Below are positions 34,220-42,275 of a stretch of 64,000 nt of DNA, piece by piece. Where the stretch lies: the NCBI GenBank assembly GCA_963814585.1, contig CAWFDF010000014.1, positions 128,001-192,000 of the forward strand, read 5' to 3'. How positions within the stretch are numbered: the first letter of the stretch is position 1; each line of letters opens with the position of its first letter. The notes below the pieces were generated by a model that saw only the letters and a program-made list of their open reading frames with translations, searched no databases and was not told the origin of the DNA. Source of the DNA: an uncultured delta proteobacterium (GTDB lineage: Bacteria > Myxococcota > Myxococcia > Myxococcales > Anaeromyxobacteraceae). Made by a program: the position numbers and the translations under genes.

Positions 34220-34256
34220 CGGGTGAAAACACGCATCCCTTGCGTGATTTCACCCG
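34220..34256. promoter_or_regulatory. Inverted repeat, candidate enhancer (UAS) for the NtrC-type regulator
   Basis: CGGGTGAAAACACGCA-tccct-TGCGTGATTTCACCCG, about 110-145 bp upstream of a sigma54 motif. Confidence 0.6.
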
Positions 34257-34363
34257 GATCCCCTGGCTCGATGCCGCGGGTGCTGCCAGGCGCGGGCGTC
34301 GCTTCCCGGCGTGAAGCCGGCTCACGCGCCACGGGGGGCCCTGGCGCCCAGGGGGGGGCCTCG

Positions 34364-34379
34364 CGGCATCCAGCTTGCA
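34364..34379 (+). promoter_or_regulatory. Sigma54 -24/-12 promoter
   Basis: CGGCATCCAGCTTGCA = GG-N10-GC, close to TGGCACGNNNNTTGCW. Confidence 0.65.
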
Positions 34380-34437
34380 CGAAACTGGCGCCACAGGCCC
34401 ACAGTTCCCGACACCGCCTGGGAGGTGGAACCAGCCC

Positions 34438-35043
34438 ATGGTCAAGCAACTCACCACCGGTCCCGCCGTGGTCATCCTTGCTGCCGGCCAGCCGCCCCTC
34501 CCGGTCCCGACCGCAGGCGCCGTGGCTTCGAGCCTGGCGCCCGAACGCCGACCGCCGGCTCAAGGCGCGATTCGATCCATGACCAGGGAGCTCCGTGCCA
34601 TCAGGGGACCCGCCGGGACGCTTCCCGTGCGTCGAGACGACGACGCCGGGGTGGACCTCCTGATGCTGATCGAAGGCGAGACGAGCGGGAGGCCGCTGGA
34701 CGCCGTGCTCCAGGAGTTCGGGAGGTCCCGCAGCACCTACTACGAGAAGCTCCGCCGCTTCCGTGAGCTCGGCGTCGAAGGGCTGCTGGAGCGGCCTTCC
34801 GGCCCGAAGACGGCCTGGCGCCGTCCCATCGAGGTGGTCCGCTTCATCGTCCGGGTTCGTCTCGAGGACCCCAGCCGCGGCGCCGCGGAGATCGCGGCCG
34901 ACCTGCTGCGCCATGGCCACACCGTGAGCGTCCGCTCGGTCGAGCGCACCTTGACCCAGTTCGGCTTGACGCGCCCCGCTCCGAAGGCCCCCGGAGCCGT
35001 CGAGGCGGCGGCCCCGCCCTCGACGGGGAGCACCGGGACCTGA
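34438..35043 (+). CDS. Helix-turn-helix protein resembling a transposase N-terminal DNA-binding region, no catalytic domain
   Basis: GGAGGT SD; FGRSRSTYYEKLRRFRELGVEGLLERPSGPK and GAAEIAADL...VSVRSVERTL. Confidence 0.7.
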   Translation: MVKQLTTGPAVVILAAGQPPLPVPTAGAVASSLAPERRPPAQGAIRSMTRELRAIRGPAGTLPVRRDDDAGVDLLMLIEGETSGRPLDAVLQEFGRSRSTYYEKLRRFRELGVEGLLERPSGPKTAWRRPIEVVRFIVRVRLEDPSRGAAEIAADLLRHGHTVSVRSVERTLTQFGLTRPAPKAPGAVEAAAPPSTGSTGT

Positions 35044-35197
35044 CCGGGCCTGGTGAGGCGTTGCCTGGGCAGGCCGCTTCGCGCTACACCGCCAGCACCG
35101 GGCGCGGCAGCCGAGGCGTCCTGGTCTGCCACGGCCAGACCCGCGACCCGCTCCTTCCCTCCCGGGTGGCGGGTCCCATGCCACGCCGACCGTCGAG

Positions 35198-36379
35198 GTG
35201 AGGGTGCGGATCGCGGTCTTCACCGGCCACTTCCATCCGCACGTCGGCGGGGTGGAGCGGTACGCCCGCGCCGTGTTCTCCCGGCTGGTGAGGCGCGGCC
35301 ACGAGGTGGCGCTGGTCACCTCGGCGGCCGGCGGAGGGGCGCCACGCGAGTCCGTGGATGGAATCGAGGTGGCGCGGCTGCCGGTGCTGCCGCTCTTCAG
35401 CGCCCGCTTCCCGCTGCCCCTCCCCGGCCCCAGGCTGGCAGGCGTGGTGACCTGGCTCCGGCGCTTCGGGCCCGAGGTGGTGGTCACCAACACCCGCTTC
35501 TTCCCCTCCAGCTGGCTCGGCGCCTGGTTCGCCGGCGCCCACTCGCTTCCCCTCCTCCACGTCGAGCACGGCTCGGGCCACGTCAGGCTCGGCGGAGCCC
35601 TGGCCGACCGGCTCTCGGCGGCCGTCGATCACGGCCCGGGGCGCTGGGTGGTCCGCCGCGCCGCGCGCTGCGTGGGAGTCTCCGGAGCCGTGGTGGAGTT
35701 CGTCGCCCACCTCGGTCGCCCCGGGGCCGGCGTCCTGAGCAATGGCGTCGACCTGCCGGGGCCAGGGCTCGCCGGCGAACGCGTCGCGGTGCGGGCGCGG
35801 CTCGGCATCGGGCCCGGCGAGCCCCTGGCGCTCTACGCCGGGCGCGTCACCGCCGACAAGGGGGTGCTGGTGCTGGTCGATGCGCTGGAGAGGCTGCCGC
35901 GGCTCCACCTCGCGGTGGCCGGCGACGGAGAGGCCCTCTCCGGGCTGAGGCAGCGGGCGACCCGGCTGCCGCGGCTCCACCTGCTCGGCCAGGTCGCACC
36001 GGCCGAGGTGGAGCGCCTCCTCGCCGCCGCCGACCTCTTCGTCCACCCCTCCCTCTGCGCCGAGGGGCTTCCCAGCTCGGTCCTCGAGGCCGCCGCCGCC
36101 GGCGTGGCCATCGTGGCGACGCCCCAGGGGGGCACGGTGGAGGTGGTCCGGTCCCCCGAGCACGGGATCCTGGTGCCTCCAGGGGACGCGGCGGCGCTGG
36201 CGGCGGCCATGGAGCGGCTGGTGGACGACCCGGCACTCCGGTCCCGGCTCGGCGCCGAGGCCCGGGGGCTGGTCGCCGAGCGCTTCACCTGGGACCGGAT
36301 CGCCGAGGCGGCCGAGAGGGAACTGCTGGCGCTGGTCGCCGGGGCGCGGCCTGGCCGCGATCCGGCTCCTCCCGCCTGA
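35198..36379 (+). CDS. GT4 family glycosyltransferase
   Basis: GGVE, NGVD, GRVTADKG, PSLCAEGLPSSVLEAAAAG. Confidence 0.9.
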   Translation: MRVRIAVFTGHFHPHVGGVERYARAVFSRLVRRGHEVALVTSAAGGGAPRESVDGIEVARLPVLPLFSARFPLPLPGPRLAGVVTWLRRFGPEVVVTNTRFFPSSWLGAWFAGAHSLPLLHVEHGSGHVRLGGALADRLSAAVDHGPGRWVVRRAARCVGVSGAVVEFVAHLGRPGAGVLSNGVDLPGPGLAGERVAVRARLGIGPGEPLALYAGRVTADKGVLVLVDALERLPRLHLAVAGDGEALSGLRQRATRLPRLHLLGQVAPAEVERLLAAADLFVHPSLCAEGLPSSVLEAAAAGVAIVATPQGGTVEVVRSPEHGILVPPGDAAALAAAMERLVDDPALRSRLGAEARGLVAERFTWDRIAEAAERELLALVAGARPGRDPAPPA

Positions 36380-36464
36380 TCCACGGAACCGCCGGCCTCG
36401 TTCACCGGGCGCCTGCCTTGGGCTATGGTGCGGTCCGTCACCCGACGAATCCGTCCCTGGAATC

Positions 36465-37181
36465 ATGGGTTCCATGCCCCCCCCGCACAACCTCCTCGTC
36501 GTCATCCCCGCCTTCAACGAGGCCCTCCGCATCCGGGGCGTGGTGGAGGCGGTGCGCGGCCAGGTGGCCGCCGACGTGCTGGTGGTGGACGACGGCTCGC
36601 GCGACGCCACCGCCGCCGAGGCCCGGGCCGGGGGGGCCATCGTGGCCACCCACCCGGTCAACCTGGGCTACGGCTCGGCGCTGCAGACCGGCTACCGCTA
36701 TGCCCTGCGCCACCACCACGACGCCGTCCTCCAGCTCGACGCCGACGGCCAGCACGATCCGGCCTCGATCCCGGCGCTGCTCGAGGCGCTGTCCAGCCAC
36801 GACGTGGTGGTCGGCTCGCGCTTCCTCCACCCGGGCTCCTACCGGCCCCCGATCTCGCGCCGGATCGGCATGACGTTCTTCGGCGCCATCGCCAGCCACC
36901 TCTGCGGCCAGCGGCTCACCGACCCGACCAGCGGCTTCCAGGCCATCTCCCGGCGGGCTCTCGAGTTCTACGCGCACGACCGCTGGCCCCACGACTACCC
37001 CGACGCCGACGTGCTGGCCATGGTGGCCCGCTCCGGCATGAGGCTCGTCGAGGTGCCGGTCCGCATGCTCGGCTCCCCCGAGGGCAAGAGCATGCACGGC
37101 GGCGTCCTCAAGCCGCTCTACTACGTCTTCCGGATGACCCTCGCCCTGGCGCTGGTCCCCCTGCGGAACGAGCGGCCATGA
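36465..37181 (+). CDS. GT2 glycosyltransferase (DPM1/GacI-like)
   Basis: VIPAFNE, VDDGSRD, NLGYG, LDADGQH, DPTSGF. Confidence 0.9.
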   Translation: MGSMPPPHNLLVVIPAFNEALRIRGVVEAVRGQVAADVLVVDDGSRDATAAEARAGGAIVATHPVNLGYGSALQTGYRYALRHHHDAVLQLDADGQHDPASIPALLEALSSHDVVVGSRFLHPGSYRPPISRRIGMTFFGAIASHLCGQRLTDPTSGFQAISRRALEFYAHDRWPHDYPDADVLAMVARSGMRLVEVPVRMLGSPEGKSMHGGVLKPLYYVFRMTLALALVPLRNERP

Positions 37182-37585
37182 CCCCCACCCAGCGCGTCTT
37201 CGCCATCGTCATCTCGGTCACCACCTTCCTGGTGGTCATGGAGCTGATCCGCCGCCGCCGCCTGCGCGAGGAGTACGCCCTCCTCTGGGTGCTCACCACC
37301 GTCGGCATGATGGTGCTGGCCACCTGGTACGGGCTGATCGAGCGGATCACGCAGGTGATCGGCGCGGTGGCCGTGACCACCACCCTCTTCCTCTTCGCGC
37401 TCATCTTCCTGCTGCTCATCAGCGTCCACTTCACCACCGTCCTCTCCCGCCTCACCGTCCAGGTCCGCCGCCTCACGCAGGAGCTGGCCATCCTGGAGGC
37501 GGAGCGAGGCCGCCCTGGCGAGGCCTCCGGCACGTCCGCCTCACCCTCCACCGGAGCTCCGGCCGGCCCGGAGCGCCGCTCGTGA
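37178..37585 (+). CDS. DUF2304-like small membrane protein
   Basis: LIRRRRLREEYALLW, three TM helices, C-terminal RRLTQELA; overlaps the GT2 stop. Confidence 0.8.
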   Translation: MTPTQRVFAIVISVTTFLVVMELIRRRRLREEYALLWVLTTVGMMVLATWYGLIERITQVIGAVAVTTTLFLFALIFLLLISVHFTTVLSRLTVQVRRLTQELAILEAERGRPGEASGTSASPSTGAPAGPERRS

Positions 37586-40062
37586 ACGTCTCCTCGAGGC
37601 CGCTCGACCGGCGCTGGTTCGCGGCCGCGGCGGTACTGGCCGCCGCGGGCGGGTTCGTCGCCTACCTCACCGAGGTGCGCGACCCCGACATGTTCCATCA
37701 CATGGCCTACGGGCGGGACATCGCCCAGCACGGCCTGCGCGCCGAGGAGCCGTTCCTCTTCCCGCTGCGGGGCACACAGACCGGGCCGATGCCCTACTGG
37801 CTGGGCAGCTTCCTCATCTACCTGTGGGCCTCGGCCTTCGGCGACGGGTCGATGGCCTGGTTCCCGGCCCTCTTCGGGGCCCTGATCGCGCTGGTCCTGC
37901 TCCTGGACTCCAGCCCTCGGCGCGGGCCGTGGACCATCACGTCGCTCCTGGCCACCGCGGCGGTGCTGGTGCCGCTGCTCTCCTTCGGCCGCTACCGGGC
38001 CTTCGCTCGCCCGGAACTCCTGGCCACCTTGCTGCTGGCGCTGGTGATGTGGGCCATCCGCCGCTTCGAAGAGGGGCAGCCGAAGCTGCTCTACGCCCTG
38101 CCGGTGCTGGCCGTCCTCTGGACCAACCTCCACCCCTCGGTCCCGGTGGCCGTCGTCCCGCTCGCCGTCATGGTGGCGGTGGGGCTGCTGGTCCACGCCC
38201 TGCGCCGCGTCACCGGCCGGACCCTGCAGGCGGTGCCGCCGCTGCGCGCCCTCGGCTACGCCGTGGTGGTGGGCGCGGCCACCCTGCTGGCGGCGCTGCT
38301 CTCGCCCTCGCCGTTCAACCCGCTCGCCACCTCGCTGCGCTTCGCCCTCTCCAGCCTCGGCTTCGAGAACGTCGGCCCCGCCGCGGTGGAGGCCATGGAG
38401 CGGATGCTCCCGTTCGCCAAGCGGATGGTGCTGGAGATGCAGCCGCTCGACTGGAGCGCGCTCAACGACACCTTCGGCGTGGTGCTGGGGATCACCGTGG
38501 CCGGCTTCCTCGCCAACCTGCCGCGGCTCCGCTGGCGAGAGCTGGTGACGGTGCTGGCCTTCGCCTACCTCGGCTTCAGCGCCGGCCGCTTCGCCGTCAT
38601 GCTGGGCGTGGTGGCCGCGCCCATCACCGCCCGCAACCTCGGGGAGGCGCTGGATCGGCTGCCCGAGCGCTGGTGGGCCGGCTGGGCGCGACCGGTCGTG
38701 GCGGCCGCGCTGGTCGTCGCCACCGTGGCCGGCTGCGCCTGGTTCCCGGTCCCGAGCGTGGTCCGCTTCGGCACCGGCCTGCGCCGGTACGCCTTCCCGG
38801 TCCGCGCCGTGGACTACCTGGTCGCCAACCGCATCGACGGTCCCATCTTCAACACCTTCCACTTCGGCGGCTACATCGAGTGGCGCACCAACCGGATGAC
38901 CTACCAGGACGGCCGGGGCCTGATCGTCCCGGGCGACGAGGACGCCTCGGTGAGCGGGTCGCAGAACTACGGCCTGTTCCACCACCTCGACCGGAAGCAC
39001 CGCTTCGAGGCGCTGGTGGTGAACTACCCGCAGCCCGATCCGGTCACCGCCGCCTCGCTGGCCTCCTCCAACCCCGACGCCGACTGGGGCGCCGACCGGC
39101 GCCTCTGGGCACTGGTGGCCTTCGACGACGGCGGGATGCTCTACCTGCGACGGGGCGGCCGCCACGCCGCGCTCATCGAGCGGGACGAGTTCCGCCTGGT
39201 CCGCCCGGCCAACAGCTACCTGAGCATCCCCGCCAACCAGTCCGGCCCGTACCTGACCGAGCTGCGCCGCAGCGTGGCCGCCGCCCCGGCCTGCGTCCGC
39301 TGCCGCCAGCTGCTGGGCGCCACCGCCCTGACCATCGGCGCCTGGGACGAGGCCTGGGCCGCGGTGGCCCCGCTGCTCCAGAGGCCGGTCCTGGAGCACG
39401 CCGGCGCCATGCTGGTGGGCGCCCAGGCCGCCGAGGGGCTGGGACGGCTCGACGAGGCCGCCGCCCTCTACCGGCGGCTCCTCGGGTTTCGGCAGGAGGT
39501 GGGCACCTCCCGCCGCGCGCTCTCCAGGCTGGCGCTTCGGCGCAATGACCTGGGCGAGGCCATGAACGTGCTGGCGCCCTCGCTGGCGGGAGGTGGCACC
39601 GACCCGGCGGACGTGGCCCTGGCCATCGAGCTGATGCGAGCCGCCAGGAGACCGGCCGAGGAGGCCGCCTGGACGGCCCGCCTGCAGCGGCTCCAGACCG
39701 AGCAGAGAGCGCTCCAGTACCAGGACCGGGGCCTGGCCGCGGCCGGCCAGGGGGACCTCCAGACGGCCATCACCTGGTACGAGGCGGCGCTGGCGGTGAC
39801 CGACACGGCGCCCATCCGGACCAACCTCGGGCGCGCCTACTTCGATCAGGGCCGGTACGCCGACGCCGAGGCGCAGTACCGCCGTGCCGTCGCCCTCGCC
39901 CCCCGCTTCGGCCTGGGCTGGTACGGCCTGGCCGAGACGCTGGCCGCGCGGGGGGATCGCGCCGGCGCCGCGGCCGCCTTCCGCCACTTCATGGAGATCG
40001 AGCCCGCCGGGTTCTGGGCGGCCAAGGCCAAGCAGGCGCTCGACCGGCTCGAGCGGCGCTGA
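37582..40062 (+). CDS. Polytopic membrane protein (GT-C-like) with C-terminal TPR repeats
   Basis: DPDMFHH...GR loop, ARPE, LWTNLH, GGYIEW, DGR; TPR NLGRAYFDQGRYADAEAQYRRAVALAP. Confidence 0.7.
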   Translation: MNVSSRPLDRRWFAAAAVLAAAGGFVAYLTEVRDPDMFHHMAYGRDIAQHGLRAEEPFLFPLRGTQTGPMPYWLGSFLIYLWASAFGDGSMAWFPALFGALIALVLLLDSSPRRGPWTITSLLATAAVLVPLLSFGRYRAFARPELLATLLLALVMWAIRRFEEGQPKLLYALPVLAVLWTNLHPSVPVAVVPLAVMVAVGLLVHALRRVTGRTLQAVPPLRALGYAVVVGAATLLAALLSPSPFNPLATSLRFALSSLGFENVGPAAVEAMERMLPFAKRMVLEMQPLDWSALNDTFGVVLGITVAGFLANLPRLRWRELVTVLAFAYLGFSAGRFAVMLGVVAAPITARNLGEALDRLPERWWAGWARPVVAAALVVATVAGCAWFPVPSVVRFGTGLRRYAFPVRAVDYLVANRIDGPIFNTFHFGGYIEWRTNRMTYQDGRGLIVPGDEDASVSGSQNYGLFHHLDRKHRFEALVVNYPQPDPVTAASLASSNPDADWGADRRLWALVAFDDGGMLYLRRGGRHAALIERDEFRLVRPANSYLSIPANQSGPYLTELRRSVAAAPACVRCRQLLGATALTIGAWDEAWAAVAPLLQRPVLEHAGAMLVGAQAAEGLGRLDEAAALYRRLLGFRQEVGTSRRALSRLALRRNDLGEAMNVLAPSLAGGGTDPADVALAIELMRAARRPAEEAAWTARLQRLQTEQRALQYQDRGLAAAGQGDLQTAITWYEAALAVTDTAPIRTNLGRAYFDQGRYADAEAQYRRAVALAPRFGLGWYGLAETLAARGDRAGAAAAFRHFMEIEPAGFWAAKAKQALDRLERR

Positions 40063-40123
40063 CCGGGGACCGCGCCGCGGACGACCCGCAGGGCGGGCGC
40101 GCCGGCAAGGCGCCGCGCCCCCG

Positions 40124-41638
40124 CTACCCCGCCTTCCGGCTCGAGCCCGGGCCACCCGCCACCGGCCCGGTGATGGGGCCAAGCTCGGCCAGCATGGCGC
40201 GGACCGACTCGGGCATCTCGGCGCCGCTGGCCATGTGCTTCATCTCGTGGCCGAGGTAGCTCTTCTCGATGAGCAGCTTGAGCACGCTCACCATGAAGGC
40301 CCGCTTCTCCGGCGTGAGCTTGTCGAGGTTCTTGAACTTGTCGTGGAAGAAGTGGCCGGTGGCGCGGTGGAGCTCCCGCTGGACCTCCTCCAGGGTCATG
40401 TTGTCCGGCTTCATGACCGGCTCGACCAGGTTGTAGCGCCGGTAGTCCCGGGTGGCGACGTGCGCGTCGAGGTCGCCGGCGATCTCGGCGTAGGGCCAGG
40501 GCGTCAGGGCCAGGAAGAAGGCCATGTCCGGCGCGTACCACTTGGCCAGCTCGACCGTCTTGCGGATGGACGCGGCGGTCTCGTCGGGCGTGCCGAGCAC
40601 GAAGGAGGTCTCGCTGACCATGCCGTGCTGGTTGATGAGGTCGATGGCCCTCTTCGACTCGTTGACCTTGATGTCCTTGTGGTACAGGTCGAGCGTCGAC
40701 TGGCTGGTCGACTCGACGCCGACGTAGATGTGGCTGATGCCCGCCTTGACGTACTTGGGCAGCATCCGCTCGTCGCGGATGACGTCGTCGACGCGGGTCT
40801 CCATGAGGATCTCGACGCCGACCTGCCGCTCGATCAACAGGTCGAGGATGGCCTCCCAGCGCGCCCGGTCGGAGGTGGGGGTCTCGTCGGAGAGCATGGT
40901 GACCGCGACGCCGTAGCTGTCACGAAGGTGCTCCAGCTCGGCGACGAACCTGAGCGGCTGGCGCCCGCGCCAGCTCCGCCCCCAGAACTTCTGCTGCGAG
41001 CAGAAGCTGCAGCGCGAGGAGCAGCCGCGCGCCGAGTTGGCGATGGCGAGGCGGCCGTGCGGCCTGGGCCGGTAGTGGTAGAGCGGCCAGTCGAGGAGGT
41101 CCCAGGCCGGCTGGACGGCGTCGATGTCGGCGAGGAGCGCGCGCGGGCCGTTGCTGGCCGGATGGCCATCCCGGCGCCAGGCCAGCCCGTCGATCCGGTC
41201 GAACCCCTCGCCGGCCTCGAGCGCCTTGACCAGCTCGATGACGGTCAGCTCCCCCTCGCCGCGGACCACGAAGTCGACGCTGGGGTCGTCGCGGAGGATC
41301 TGCTCCCAGCAGAAGGTGGCGTGGACGTTGCCGATGACGGTCTTGACCGCCGGGTTCCAGGCCTTGGCGGTGGCGCAGATGACGCGACTGTCGGGCTCGG
41401 TGGCCGTGATGGCGGTGGTGCCGACCAGGTCCGGCTTGAAGGCCTCGATCTTCTTCCGGATGTCATCGTGCGACGCGAACAGGCTCATCGCGTCGTAGAT
41501 CTCGACCTCGGCGCCGGCCAGCCGGGCCGCCCCGGCGACGTAGGCGAGGTTGAGCGGCATCCAGACGCCGGCCGACTCGACCACCCCGGAGTGATAGGGC
41601 GCGGTGACGAGCAGGACTCGGAGGCGGCGAGCGGTCAT
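40124..41638 (-). CDS. Cobalamin-binding radical SAM enzyme (BchE-like, class B)
   Basis: PLNLAY, GNVHAT, GEGE B12-binding domain; ARGCSSRCSFC (CxxxCxxC); GVES. Confidence 0.9.
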   Translation of the reverse strand: MTARRLRVLLVTAPYHSGVVESAGVWMPLNLAYVAGAARLAGAEVEIYDAMSLFASHDDIRKKIEAFKPDLVGTTAITATEPDSRVICATAKAWNPAVKTVIGNVHATFCWEQILRDDPSVDFVVRGEGELTVIELVKALEAGEGFDRIDGLAWRRDGHPASNGPRALLADIDAVQPAWDLLDWPLYHYRPRPHGRLAIANSARGCSSRCSFCSQQKFWGRSWRGRQPLRFVAELEHLRDSYGVAVTMLSDETPTSDRARWEAILDLLIERQVGVEILMETRVDDVIRDERMLPKYVKAGISHIYVGVESTSQSTLDLYHKDIKVNESKRAIDLINQHGMVSETSFVLGTPDETAASIRKTVELAKWYAPDMAFFLALTPWPYAEIAGDLDAHVATRDYRRYNLVEPVMKPDNMTLEEVQRELHRATGHFFHDKFKNLDKLTPEKRAFMVSVLKLLIEKSYLGHEMKHMASGAEMPESVRAMLAELGPITGPVAGGPGSSRKAG

Positions 41639-41811
41639 GCGGTTTCTCCCGAGCAAGCGACCCCGGCTGGCGGGGTGCTCTCACTGTACCATGGCCGCCG
41701 GTCCACGACGGCTGGTTCCAGGAAAGATCCCTGTCCTTTCAGCTACATCGGACAAACGATTGTTTGGAGTCCGGGGGGCGTCAAACTGTCGCATGCTAGA
41801 CTCCGCCTCCG

Positions 41812-42162
41812 ATGCGCGACCGGCTCACCATCCTCAACGCCTTCGTCCACGACGTCGCCACCGGCACCTGGATCGGGACGCTCCTCCTCCTGACCATGCT
41901 CCACCGGGAGGCCCAGCGGCCGGCCTGGTTCCTGGCCGGCCACCTGGTGCCCGGCCTGGAGCGGAAGTTCCTGGTGGTCACCTGGGTGAGCCTGGCGGTG
42001 ATCGTGGCCACCGGCGTCATCCGCATGGTGACCTGGAAGGTCTTCGGCTGGACCGGGGACATGGAGAAGAGCCGCATCCAGCTGCTCAAGGTGAAGCACG
42101 CCCTGCTCGGCGTGGTCTTCGCCGCCGGCACCCTGTACCAGTGGCTGCTGGTCTACTCGTGA
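41812..42162 (+). CDS. Small three-TM membrane protein (CopD/DUF4149-like pattern)
   Basis: FVHDVATGTWIG, ATG.IRM, LLKVKH; strong GC3 coding bias. Confidence 0.7.
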   Translation: MRDRLTILNAFVHDVATGTWIGTLLLLTMLHREAQRPAWFLAGHLVPGLERKFLVVTWVSLAVIVATGVIRMVTWKVFGWTGDMEKSRIQLLKVKHALLGVVFAAGTLYQWLLVYS

Positions 42163-42275
42163 TCGCCTCGCGCCGCCGCCGCTGCCCCCCTGGCTTGCGC
42201 GACGCACCGCACGCTGAACGATGTAGGTCGCGGCGCGCGACGTGGTCACGTCCCGACTCCGTCCAGTGAGGATCG

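Noticed and set aside
34438..35043. Active IS element
   Set aside because: HTH only; no DDE domain, terminal inverted repeats or target duplication seen.
40124..41638. True bchE and photosynthesis
   Set aside because: No other bch or puf genes; only family-level resemblance.
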